Source of the DNA: an uncultured delta proteobacterium
GTDB taxonomy: Bacteria; Myxococcota; UBA727; VGSZ01
Length of the DNA stretch: 64,000 nt
Assembly: GCA_963775425.1 (NCBI GenBank)
Contig: CAVZJB010000016.1
Location: forward strand, 672,001 to 736,000
Direction: 5' to 3'
A model generated the notes under the pieces. The model saw only the letters and a list, made by a program, of their open reading frames with translations. It was not told the origin of the DNA and did not search any database. Of this stretch, positions 26,281-35,106 are shown piece after piece (position 1 is the stretch's first letter; the number at the start of each line of letters is the position of its first letter). A program made the translations under genes and the position numbers.

Positions 26281-28776
26281 TCACTTGGTCTTGAACTCGA
26301 ACACGCCGTCCCAGCCGTCGGGCGGGGCCTCCGCCCGGAAGTGCGCCACGCGCTCGAGGTAGATGGCGCTCGGCGGGTCGTTCCCGTTGCGCATCTTCAG
26401 GCACTCGCGGAACGCGAGCTCGGCGTCGTCCCACTTCTGCGTCCGGTACGACTTCAAGCCGGCCTCGAAGACCTCGACGAGCTTGCGCATCTCCGGCGGC
26501 GGCATCGCCCCCGGCGCAGGCCGCCGGCCGAGGAGCTCGTAGATGTTCACCGGCTGGTGCTTGCCCTTCACCCGCACGGCGTCGAGCCAGCGGCCGAACA
26601 CCGCGTCCTTGGCGAGCTCGTAGGTGGTCTCGCTCACGATGATGTGCGTGCCGTAGTTCTTGTTGGTTCCCTCGAGGCGGCTGCCGAGGTTCACGTTGTC
26701 GCCGAGCAGCGTGTAATTGCGCATGCGCGCGGAGCCCATGAAGCCGACGCGCATCGGACCCGAGTTGAGCCCGATGCCGATGTCGATGTTGGGCTTGCCC
26801 TCGGCGCGCCAGCGCACCTTCAGCTCCTCGAGGCGATCGATCATGTCGAGCGCCGCCAGCGCCGCCCGCGCCGCGTGGTCCTTCTGCTCGAGGGGCGCGC
26901 CCCAGAAGGCCATGATGGCGTCGCCCATGTACTTGTCGAGCGTGCCCTCGCGATTGAGGAGGATCTCCGTCATGGGCGTGAGGTACTCGTTCAAGAACTC
27001 CGTGAGCCCCTCGGGCGTCAGCTTCTCGGACATCGTCGTGAAGCCGCGGATGTCGGAGAACATCACCGTGAGCTCGCGCTCCATGCCGCCGAGGCCGGCG
27101 AGCTTCGGGTCCTTGAGCAACTGCTCGACGACGGTGGGCGCGAGCACCGTGGAGAACTCGCGCTTGAGCTGCGCCTTCTCGCGGCCTTCGGTGAGGTAGC
27201 CGAACACGGTGACGCTCGCCCAGCACAGGCTCATCTCGATGACGAGCGGCAGGTCGTGAAACCACATGTTCCTCGGGAACAACACGAAGAAGTCCACCAG
27301 CAGCCACGTGAGCAACATCCCGCCGAACACCAGCACGCCGGCGGCGACGTTGACGCGCGGCAGGATGAACCCGAGCAGCAGCGCTGCCAACAGGCACAGC
27401 CCCATCTCGAGCTGGAGGAAGAGCGGCGGGCGCTGGATCTCGACGCCGTCGATCATGTTCTGGATGGCGGCGGCGTGCACCTCGGTGCCGGGGACGTTCG
27501 GTGAGAAGGGCGTGACACGTTGATCGAACGTCCCGATGGCGGTCACCGCGATGAGGACCACCTTTCCTTTGACGACGCTCTTGTCGAACGCACCGTCGTA
27601 GACGTCGGCGAGGGAGATGCGCGGGAACGCCCCGCGCTCGGCCTCGGGCAGCCGCGGATCGTTCGGCCCCGACGGCCCGTAGTAGTTGATGAAGAGCTTG
27701 CCGGACAGATCGGTGCGCACGTCGGACACGGTGCCGTCGCCGCGGGGGAGGCCGATGCGCAGGATGCCCTCGGGGAAGATCTTGCCGACGACGACGCCGG
27801 GGCTACCGCCGAAGTGCTGCGCCGCGGCCGACAGCGACAACGACGGGATGAACACGTCGCCGACGCGGTACACGAGCGGCAGCCGGCGCAGCGTGCCGTC
27901 CGGGTCGGTGAAGGCGGAGAAGAAGCCGAGGTTGTTCGCGACGTCGAGGAACGGCTGCTCAGGCAAGACCAGGTTCCCGTGCACCGCCGTCACGTAGCTG
28001 AGGTCGGACGCCTTCGAGCCCTTGGTGTTCATGAACTCGGCGATCTTCTGCTCGGCGCCGGCGGCCTTGGCCTTGGCGTCGAGTTGCACGTAGCGGTAGC
28101 CCTCGCCGTAGCCCTGGATCACGAACGGATCGAGCGCCTCGAGCTCGTCCTTGTACGACGCGTGCGGCGGCAGCCCCGGGTCCGGCTCGGGCTCCGCGAT
28201 GAACCCCTGCACGACGCGCGTGGTGTGCCGGTCGAGCGCGTCGGCGAAGGTCTTGTCGCCCTGGGTGAAGCCGGCGAAGGCGTCCTCCACGCTCTTGGCG
28301 GCCATGGCGACCTTGGCGATCTCCTGCGGCGACGGCTTGTGTCCGTCGGCGGCGCCGAGCGCGAGCGTCCCCGCGGTCTCGGAGAGCTTGGCCGACTGCA
28401 ACAGCTCCGCGAGCGCGGCCGTCGACGTGTGGTCGATACCGGCAGGGTCGGCGAACACCATATCGAACGCGGCGACGTCGGCGCCGGCGTCGAAGAGATT
28501 GTCGAGGATCCTGGCGAAGCGCGCGCGGTCCCACGTGCCCCACCGGCCGAACTTGGAGATGGTCTTTTCGTCGCCGGCGGCGATGACCACCTGCGGGTTC
28601 ACCGGCACGCGACCGCGCACGAGGAACTTCAGGTCGAGGAGCTTTCGGTCCCACGCCAGGATCGGCGAGTGCTCCCACGCCCGCAGCGTCTCGAGCCACG
28701 AATAGGTCGCGGCGCCGAGCCCGAGCAGGAGCGCCAGGGCGACGGGGATGTAGCGCTTGCGGGTCGCCTCACTCAT
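26281..28776 (-). CDS. CHASE2-domain membrane adenylate cyclase (class III)
   Basis: CHASE2 motifs (FDMVF, DPDGTLRR, PGTEVHAAAIQN); three TMs; FSDIRGFT, DKYMGDAIMAFWGAP, GDNVNLGSRLEG, VKGK. Confidence 0.95.
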   Translation of the reverse strand: MSEATRKRYIPVALALLLGLGAATYSWLETLRAWEHSPILAWDRKLLDLKFLVRGRVPVNPQVVIAAGDEKTISKFGRWGTWDRARFARILDNLFDAGADVAAFDMVFADPAGIDHTSTAALAELLQSAKLSETAGTLALGAADGHKPSPQEIAKVAMAAKSVEDAFAGFTQGDKTFADALDRHTTRVVQGFIAEPEPDPGLPPHASYKDELEALDPFVIQGYGEGYRYVQLDAKAKAAGAEQKIAEFMNTKGSKASDLSYVTAVHGNLVLPEQPFLDVANNLGFFSAFTDPDGTLRRLPLVYRVGDVFIPSLSLSAAAQHFGGSPGVVVGKIFPEGILRIGLPRGDGTVSDVRTDLSGKLFINYYGPSGPNDPRLPEAERGAFPRISLADVYDGAFDKSVVKGKVVLIAVTAIGTFDQRVTPFSPNVPGTEVHAAAIQNMIDGVEIQRPPLFLQLEMGLCLLAALLLGFILPRVNVAAGVLVFGGMLLTWLLVDFFVLFPRNMWFHDLPLVIEMSLCWASVTVFGYLTEGREKAQLKREFSTVLAPTVVEQLLKDPKLAGLGGMERELTVMFSDIRGFTTMSEKLTPEGLTEFLNEYLTPMTEILLNREGTLDKYMGDAIMAFWGAPLEQKDHAARAALAALDMIDRLEELKVRWRAEGKPNIDIGIGLNSGPMRVGFMGSARMRNYTLLGDNVNLGSRLEGTNKNYGTHIIVSETTYELAKDAVFGRWLDAVRVKGKHQPVNIYELLGRRPAPGAMPPPEMRKLVEVFEAGLKSYRTQKWDDAELAFRECLKMRNGNDPPSAIYLERVAHFRAEAPPDGWDGVFEFKTK

Positions 28777-29486
28777 CGCGGGGCTCCTGTGACGAGACCG
28801 ATCTGCGTGAGCGCGCGCCACGTCGACGCCACGGCGGTGTTCTCGCGGACCCGCAGCGAGCGCGCGTGCCACACGAGGCGCTCGAGGTCTGCGGCCTCGT
28901 CGACGTCGTACCAAAACGGCAGGATGTGCGGCTCCACGCCGGCCGCGCGCAGCTTGTTGACGGTGTGCGGCAGCACCGCCGGCGTCGACCACGGCACGTC
29001 GCTGAAGATGTCGGGCGCCGGCCGCTGCGCGCCGACGAGCCAGTAGCCGCCGTCGAACGTGGGACCGAGCACCACGCGCTCCCAGACCAGCGCGCGGAAC
29101 GCCTCGTCGAGCATCTGGATGGGCAGCGTGGGGCTGTCGGCGCCGATGGCGCAGACGGCGCGAGCGCCGCGCTCGTACTCGGCGTCGAACGCGGCGCGCA
29201 GGCGCTCACCGAGGTCGGCGCCCTGCTGCACCTCGAGGCGGGCGCCGGAGCGGCGGGCGGCCTCGGCGAGGACGGGGTCGTTGACGTCGGGGGAGGCGTA
29301 GACGGCCACGCGGCGGTTCTGATCGACGGCGACCTTCTCGGTGCGCCAGCGCGCGCACAGCGCCGCCGTGTCGAGGAGGAAGCCCGCCGAGAGCACGACG
29401 GCGTCGCGCTCGCCGCGCTCCTTGGCGAGGCGGGTCTTCGACGCGCCCGGTACCGGCGCCTTGGCGAAGAGGACGAGGGTCTCCAC
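28773..29486 (-). CDS. DUF2064/TIGR04282-family CofC-like (glycosyl/nucleotidyl)transferase
   Basis: VLFAKAPVPGASKTRL, QQGADLGERL, IGADSPTL, VLGPTFDGGYWLVG, WYDVDEAADL. Confidence 0.9.
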   Translation of the reverse strand: METLVLFAKAPVPGASKTRLAKERGERDAVVLSAGFLLDTAALCARWRTEKVAVDQNRRVAVYASPDVNDPVLAEAARRSGARLEVQQGADLGERLRAAFDAEYERGARAVCAIGADSPTLPIQMLDEAFRALVWERVVLGPTFDGGYWLVGAQRPAPDIFSDVPWSTPAVLPHTVNKLRAAGVEPHILPFWYDVDEAADLERLVWHARSLRVRENTAVASTWRALTQIGLVTGAPR

Positions 29487-29599
29487 GGGGGGATGGTACA
29501 GCTTGTGCGCTGCGCGCGGGGCCCTGCGCTTCGCGTGTGCCGCCCGGCTTGAGGACACGCTCGCATGCGCCCGCTCGCGGAGCTCAACGCCGGCCGGGC

Positions 29600-30346
29600 T
29601 CAACGCGCGCCGGGCGTGGAGAGGCGCCGCGGTGGGGGACGCCGCGCCTCGCGCGCCAGCGTCGTCAAGATCACGGCGCCCGCCTGGACGCTCGCCTTGA
29701 TGTCGCCGGACACCTTGGACACCCCCGTGCGCCGGCGGCGGTAGCGCACCGGGACCTCGACGACGCGCAGGCCCTGCCGCGCCGCGCGCGCCTGCATCTG
29801 CACCGTCCAGCCGAAGCCGTGATCGTCCATCTCGAGCGTGGCGAGCGCGGCCGTCGTGACCGCACGGAACGGCCCGAGGTCGGTGGCGCTGTGCATCAGG
29901 AGCGCACGGAGGATGAGCGTCGCCAGGCGGTTGCCGAAGCGCTGCGCCGCCGTGAGCGCCTCGGGCTCCACCAGGCCGAGCCGCTCGCCCAGCGTGCGCG
30001 AGCCGATGACGAGGTCCGCACGGCCGCGCGCGATCGGGTGCAGGAGCGAGGCAGCGTCGGCAGGGTCGTCGGCGCCATCCCCGTCGGCGAAGAGCACGAC
30101 CTCGGTGCCCTCGGGGACCTCGGAGAGCGCGCGCAGACAGGCCGCGCCGTAGCCTTTCACGGGCTCTTTGTGCACCAAGGCGCCAGCCTCGAGCGCACGG
30201 TCCGCGGTGGCGTCGAGACTGCCGTTGTCGGCGACGATGGCGACGGCGTCGTGGCCAGCCGCGACGACGGCGTCCAGCATCGCGCGCACCACGGGCCCGA
30301 TGCTCTGCTCCTCGTCGAGGGCCGGGATGACAATGGCGACACGCAT
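29600..30346 (-). CDS. Glycosyltransferase family 2
   Basis: VIPALDEE, ADNGSLD, GYGAAC, FADGDG.DDP, TDLGPFRA, GWTVQMQ. Confidence 0.93.
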   Translation of the reverse strand: MRVAIVIPALDEEQSIGPVVRAMLDAVVAAGHDAVAIVADNGSLDATADRALEAGALVHKEPVKGYGAACLRALSEVPEGTEVVLFADGDGADDPADAASLLHPIARGRADLVIGSRTLGERLGLVEPEALTAAQRFGNRLATLILRALLMHSATDLGPFRAVTTAALATLEMDDHGFGWTVQMQARAARQGLRVVEVPVRYRRRRTGVSKVSGDIKASVQAGAVILTTLAREARRPPPRRLSTPGAR

Positions 30347-30401
30347 GCGCCCTTGTAGCGCAGACCGCCCGCTTGCACCGAGGGCCACGCCCTCGAGCGG
30401 C

Positions 30402-30511
30402 GCGTCGCGGGGACGTCGCGGGGACGTCGCGGGCGCGTCGCGGGGACGTCGCGGGCGCGTCGAGGGCGCGTCGAGGGCGCGTCGAGGGCGCGTCGAGGGC
30501 GCGTCGAGGGG
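30402..30511. repeat. 11-bp tandem repeat x10 (RCGTCGMGGGS) between divergent GT2 and purM
   Basis: Five (G/A)CGTCGCGGG(G/C) units, then five GCGTCGAGGG(C/G) units; no spacers. Confidence 0.92.
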
Positions 30512-30605
30512 CGCGCCTCGCCGGTCGCGCCGTTGTCGCCCCGCGAGGCAGGCGCGCCCGACGAGCCCGGTGGCGCGCGCGCGGCGGATCCGTTACCGGA
30601 GCCGC

Positions 30606-31646
30606 ATGACCGAAAAGGGCGTCACGTACGCAGCGTCGGGCGTCGACATCGACGCCGGTGAAGAGGCGGTGGAGCGCATCGCGGCCGGCGCGCGGCGCAC
30701 GCACATCCCGGGCGTGCTCGGCGGCGTCGGCGGCTTCGGCGGGCTGTTCGCCTTGAAGGAGGCGCTCGGCTCGCTCGAGGACCCGGTGCTCGTGTCGGGC
30801 ACCGACGGCGTGGGCACCAAGTTGCTCGTCGCCGTGGCTGCAGGAAAGCACGGCACCATCGGGCAGGACCTCGTGGCCATGTGCGTCAACGACGTCCTCA
30901 CCACGGGTGCGCGGCCGCTGTTCTTCCTCGACTACTACGCCACGGGGAAGCTTCAGCCCGCGCACATGGAGAGCGTGGTGCTCGGCATCGCGCGCGCCTG
31001 CGAAGAGAGCGGCTGCGCGCTCATCGGCGGCGAGACCGCGGAGCTGCCCGGGCTCTACGCGGGCGGCCACTACGACCTCGCGGGGTTCGCGGTGGGCGCG
31101 GTGGAGCGAAACAAGATCATCGACGGCAAGAAGGTGCGGACGGGCGACGCCGTCGTCGGCGTGTCCTCGAGCGGTCTCCACTCGAACGGCTACAGCCTGG
31201 CGCGCAAGGTGGTCCTCGACGTCATGAACAAGGAGCTCGACGACGTCCTCGTCGACGGCGAGACCACCGCCGACGTCCTCCTCGAGCCCACGCGCTTGTA
31301 CGTCAAGCCCGTGCTCGCGCTCCTCGAGGCCGTCGACGTCCACGCCATGGCGCACATCACCGGCGGCGGCCTGCCGCTCAACCTCACGCGCGCGTTCCCG
31401 CCGGGGACGGCGGCGCGTGTCGACGAGAAGCGCTGGGCCGCGCCCGCGATCTTCGACGTCATCCGCAACGGCGGGCCGGTCGCCCCCGACGAGATGCGCC
31501 GCACGTTCAACTGCGGCATCGGCTTTTGCGCCGTGGTCGACGCCGCCGACGCCGCCCGCGCCGTCGACGTGCTGAACGCGCACGGCGAGCGCGCGCAGGT
31601 GATCGGCGAGGTGGTCGCCGGCGACGGCGAGGTCACCTATGCGTGA
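30606..31646 (+). CDS. purM: Phosphoribosylformylglycinamidine cyclo-ligase
   Basis: TYAASGVDI, GGFGGLF, TDGVGTK, GGETAE, SSGLHSNGYSL, HITGGG, TFNCGIG. Confidence 0.98.
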   Translation: MTEKGVTYAASGVDIDAGEEAVERIAAGARRTHIPGVLGGVGGFGGLFALKEALGSLEDPVLVSGTDGVGTKLLVAVAAGKHGTIGQDLVAMCVNDVLTTGARPLFFLDYYATGKLQPAHMESVVLGIARACEESGCALIGGETAELPGLYAGGHYDLAGFAVGAVERNKIIDGKKVRTGDAVVGVSSSGLHSNGYSLARKVVLDVMNKELDDVLVDGETTADVLLEPTRLYVKPVLALLEAVDVHAMAHITGGGLPLNLTRAFPPGTAARVDEKRWAAPAIFDVIRNGGPVAPDEMRRTFNCGIGFCAVVDAADAARAVDVLNAHGERAQVIGEVVAGDGEVTYA

Positions 31647-31721
31647 CCCCACCCCCGCGCGCTCCGGGTCCGGGTTCGCGCGGCCCGGCGCCGCGCGCGC
31701 GGCCTGCGAGGGCGGGCAGCG

Positions 31722-32393
31722 ATGAGGCTCCCCGGGGTCCCCCTGGTCGCGCGCGCCCCCTGCCCCGCCGGAGAGCCGCTGCGGCTCGGGGTGCTCGTGT
31801 CCGGCAGCGGCAGCAACCTCGCCGCCATCCTCGAGCGCGCGCGGCCGGTGGTCGCTGCGGCGCCGCTGTCCGTCGAGGTCGTGGTCAGCAACGTCGACGG
31901 CGTACGCGCGCTCGAGCGGGCGAAGCACGCCGGCGTCGCTGCCGTCGTCGAGAGCCACAAGGGCCGCTCGCGCGAGGTGTTCGAGGACGCGGTGCAGGCG
32001 CACCTCGAGGCACACCGCGTGGAGGTCGTCGTGCTCGCGGGCTTCATGCGCGTGCTCACGGCGTCGTTCCTCACGCGCTGGGAGCGGCGCGTGGTGAACG
32101 TGCACCCCGCCCTCTGCCCCGCGTTCCCGGGGATGCACGCCGCGCGGCAGGCGCTCGAGCACGGCGCGCGCGTCACCGGCTGCACGGTCCACCTCGTCGA
32201 CGCCGGCGTCGACACGGGCCCCATCCTCGCGCAGGCCGCCGTCCCGGTCCTCGACGACGACGACGAGGACGCGCTCCAGCGGCGCATCCAGGGTGAGGAG
32301 CACCGGCTGCTCCCCGCGGTCCTCGCCGCCGCGGCCGCCGGCGCCGTCCGCGTCGTCGACGGCCGCGTGCGCGCGTTCGGCCTCGTGCCTTGA
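31722..32393 (+). CDS. purN: Phosphoribosylglycinamide formyltransferase (start approximate)
   Basis: LVSGSGSNL, LAGFMRVL, NVHPAL.P.FPG, GCTVHLVD.GVDTGPI. Confidence 0.96.
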   Translation: MRLPGVPLVARAPCPAGEPLRLGVLVSGSGSNLAAILERARPVVAAAPLSVEVVVSNVDGVRALERAKHAGVAAVVESHKGRSREVFEDAVQAHLEAHRVEVVVLAGFMRVLTASFLTRWERRVVNVHPALCPAFPGMHAARQALEHGARVTGCTVHLVDAGVDTGPILAQAAVPVLDDDDEDALQRRIQGEEHRLLPAVLAAAAAGAVRVVDGRVRAFGLVP

Positions 32394-32439
32394 GCCTCCG
32401 CGTCGTGGGTACCGCGATGTCGGGGCGCGCGGCGCATCT

Positions 32440-32544
32440 CTCGCGGAAGCGCGAGCTCCGCGAGCGGGCCCACGCGATCACAAACACCAAGCCCGGGGGG
32501 CCCGCGCGAAAGCGTGGGGGGCCCGAGGGCCCCGCGCGAAGCGC
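32440..32544. other. Cluster of GNRA/GAA-capped hairpins (REP-like or structured RNA) between convergent genes
   Basis: CTCGCGG-a-AGC[GCGA]GCT-CCGCGAG; CCCGCGC[GAAA]GCGTGGG; GGGGCC..GGCCCC; GCGC[GAA]GCGC. Confidence 0.5.
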
Positions 32545-32552
32545 GCAAGGTT

Positions 32553-33152
32553 CTACCTACACTCGAGCGCGTCGGCGAAGGCGGCGGGCGGGGCTTCTTC
32601 GTCGGCGTTGGACGAGCGGAACAGCAGGCAGCCGCGCTGGGTGCAGACCGCGTCGTCGAAGCAGCCGAGCTCGCAGGAGCAGCCGGAGCCGTCGTCGCCG
32701 ACGAGCACCACCTGCGCCTGCACGGCGGCCGGGACGCCGTCGGGATCCTCGACGGTGAGCGCGAGCGAGTAGGTGCCTGGCGCCTCGAAGGTGTGCTGCG
32801 CGATGCCGTCGTCGTCCTGGGCCTCGGGCGTGCCGTCGCCCCAGTCCACGCGGAACTGCAGGGCGTCGCCGTCGATGTCGTCGGAGAGGCTGCCGTCGGC
32901 GGTGACGGGCTCAGACGCCGGCCAGAGCTGCGGGACGATCACGCGCGCGACCGGCGCGTGGTCCACGTCCAGCCCGCCCGGCGACTCCACGCACGCGCCC
33001 GCGAACGCGAGCGCGGCGAGGCCGGCGAGCGCGAGCGCCGCCCGCCGCAGGTGCCCGCGACGGCCCGACGCGTGGGCCCCGTGCAGCGCCCGCGTCGTGG
33101 CGCCGTGACGCGCCGGCGACGGATGCCAACCGGATCGGCGCGCTGAGGTCAC
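32553..33152 (-). CDS. PKD-domain lipoprotein with Cys-rich tail (start uncertain)
   Basis: AGAC lipobox; DGSLSDDIDGD...WGDGT...HTFEAPGTY.LALTV.D; GTGA overlap with the Nif3 gene stop. Confidence 0.75.
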   Translation of the reverse strand: MTSARRSGWHPSPARHGATTRALHGAHASGRRGHLRRAALALAGLAALAFAGACVESPGGLDVDHAPVARVIVPQLWPASEPVTADGSLSDDIDGDALQFRVDWGDGTPEAQDDDGIAQHTFEAPGTYSLALTVEDPDGVPAAVQAQVVLVGDDGSGCSCELGCFDDAVCTQRGCLLFRSSNADEEAPPAAFADALECR

Positions 33153-33895
33153 GCGGGGTTCTCCACGTCGACGAAGCTCGCATCCAGGCCCACGGAGCGC
33201 AACTTCGATGCGAGGGCGCGCGGGCCGAAGCGCTCGGTGGCGTGATGCCCCGCAGCGACGAACACGGTGCCGCTCTCCTCCGCGACCGCCTTCACCCACT
33301 CCGTCACCTCGCCGGTGAGGTACCCGTCGAGCCCCGCGGCGATGGCGTCGTGCAACAGCTCCGGCGCACCGCCCGTGCAGACGCCCAAGGTCGAGACGTC
33401 GCGCGCACCAAACGAAACCAGCGGCGGGCCGATCCGCTTCCGCACCTCGTCGGCGAGCGCCTCCGCCGACAGCGGCGCGGGCAGCCGGCCCTTGAGCCCG
33501 ATGAGCTGCCCCTTGTACGTGCCGAACGGCTCGGTCTCGACGAGCCCGAGCGCCGCGGCGATGCCGGCGTTGTTCCCGAATTCCGGCTGCGCGTCGAGCG
33601 GCAGGTGGAACGCGAACAGGTTGATGTCGCTGTCGACGAGGAGCGCCACCCGCTTCTTCAGCCAACCGTCGATGCGGCGGATGCCGCCGCCCCAGACGAG
33701 GCCGTGGTGCACGACGACGGCGTCGGCGCCCGCGGCGCGCGCCGCCTCGAGGAGCGCGAGGTTCGCCGACACGCCGCACACCACGCGCGTGACCTCCGCC
33801 TTGCCCTCGACCTGCAGGCCGTTTTCGGCGACGTCGTTGAACGCCGCGGGCTTGAGCCACCCGTCGAGGAGCGCGGCGAATTCCGTCCGGTTCAC
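33149..33895 (-). CDS. Nif3/YbgI-like dinuclear metal center protein
   Basis: NGLQVEG, VHHGL.W, HLPLD, TGE, AGHHATERFG. Confidence 0.93.
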   Translation of the reverse strand: MNRTEFAALLDGWLKPAAFNDVAENGLQVEGKAEVTRVVCGVSANLALLEAARAAGADAVVVHHGLVWGGGIRRIDGWLKKRVALLVDSDINLFAFHLPLDAQPEFGNNAGIAAALGLVETEPFGTYKGQLIGLKGRLPAPLSAEALADEVRKRIGPPLVSFGARDVSTLGVCTGGAPELLHDAIAAGLDGYLTGEVTEWVKAVAEESGTVFVAAGHHATERFGPRALASKLRSVGLDASFVDVENPA

Positions 33896-34096
33896 GACGG
33901 GCAGCCTACAGGTGAGGTGGCGTCGCGTCAGCCGAGGAGCGGAAGGGCGCGCCGTCTTTTTCACCCCTCGGGCGAGCTCCTCGAGATGGACATCGACGGC
34001 GACGGCAATGCTCCCCGCACCCGCGTCGAGCACCATCTCGCCCACGTCGCTAAGCGCAGGAGCCGACGAGCGCGCTACCGCGAGAGTCGCAAGAAC

Positions 34097-35047
34097 CTAG
34101 GGGCACGCGGCGCCGACGGCGACCTCGGTCATCGCGGGGTCGACGCTGACGACGGTGTAGACGCCGTTACTGCGGCGAAGCTGGACGGCGTTCACGGTGC
34201 CGCCCGCCGACATGGTCGTGCAGAACTCGCGCGTGAAGCCCCCGGGGACCTCGACGTGGACGCGCACGGGGACGGGGCCGCGCGCCATGCAGTCGGCGTT
34301 GGTGACGACGCTGGCGGCGCTGCTGGCGGCGAGCGCGCAGGAGCCGCCGAGCTGCGTGTAGTCGAAGCAGGCGGCGGGCGCGCCGAAGTCGCCTTCGCAG
34401 TCGAGGTCGAAGCAGGAGTAGTTCACGCTCTCTGCGGTGGAGGCCGGCGACAGCAGGCAGTCGTCGACGACGGAGGCGCGCACGGTGTACGTGCCGTCGG
34501 CGGCGGTGTCCTGCTCGACGGCTTCGTCGACGGGCCACACCTCGTTGGTCCGCGGCTCCTCCTGGCGCGAGACGAACCACTGCGCGCCGGCGAGGCCGCA
34601 GGAGCACTTGCCGCCGTCGATGCCGCAGGACTGGTCGGCGGGCTTGGCGCAGGTGCCGCCGCTTTGGGCGACGAGCGCGATGTCGACGTTGGACGCGGGG
34701 ACCGCGGGGGTGCACGGGCACCCCGGGAGCGCGTCGACGAGCTGGGGGCCGGCGGTGGCCAGGAGCGTCTGGGGGCCGCTCGGGCCGGGGTCGCCCTCGC
34801 CCTCGCCCTCGCCTTCGCCGCCGACGACGTCGCCTTCGCCTTCGCCTTCGCCGGCAAAGACGTCGCCCTCGCCTTCGCCGCCGACGTCGCCCTCGCCCTC
34901 GCCGCCGGGGTCACCGACGGGCAGCGGATCCGCGCAGGCCGCGTCGGTGCAGGCGCCGGGGTTCGGGGGTGCGCCGTCGGGGCCCTTCACGTCGCTCGCG
35001 CACGCGGCGGCGAGCCAAAGCGGAAGGAGCGCGAGGGGAAGGCGCAT
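34097..35047 (-). CDS. Cys-rich lipoprotein with GEGEGD repeats, unknown function
   Basis: LAAAC lipobox; (GE)n linker at ~34790-34900; many paired Cys. Confidence 0.75.
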   Translation of the reverse strand: MRLPLALLPLWLAAACASDVKGPDGAPPNPGACTDAACADPLPVGDPGGEGEGDVGGEGEGDVFAGEGEGEGDVVGGEGEGEGEGDPGPSGPQTLLATAGPQLVDALPGCPCTPAVPASNVDIALVAQSGGTCAKPADQSCGIDGGKCSCGLAGAQWFVSRQEEPRTNEVWPVDEAVEQDTAADGTYTVRASVVDDCLLSPASTAESVNYSCFDLDCEGDFGAPAACFDYTQLGGSCALAASSAASVVTNADCMARGPVPVRVHVEVPGGFTREFCTTMSAGGTVNAVQLRRSNGVYTVVSVDPAMTEVAVGAACP

Positions 35048-35106
35048 GCGGGGTTATCGGCCGCGCCCGGCCTACGTTCCCCCACATCGGTCGGATGTCG
35101 TACGGC

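Noticed and set aside
28773-30346. Arsenosugar biosynthesis cluster suggested by the TIGR04282-family gene
   Set aside because: No ArsS radical SAM or ArsM methyltransferase nearby; the family is widespread outside arsenic metabolism.
30402-30511. Possible CRISPR array
   Set aside because: Contiguous 11-bp units with no unique spacers, and no cas genes in the window.
33909-34096. N-terminal extension of Nif3 or an HTH remnant (…IAVAVDVHLEELARGVKK…)
   Set aside because: A -10 hexamer supports the GTG start at 33895; the upstream peptide is too short and weak to assign.
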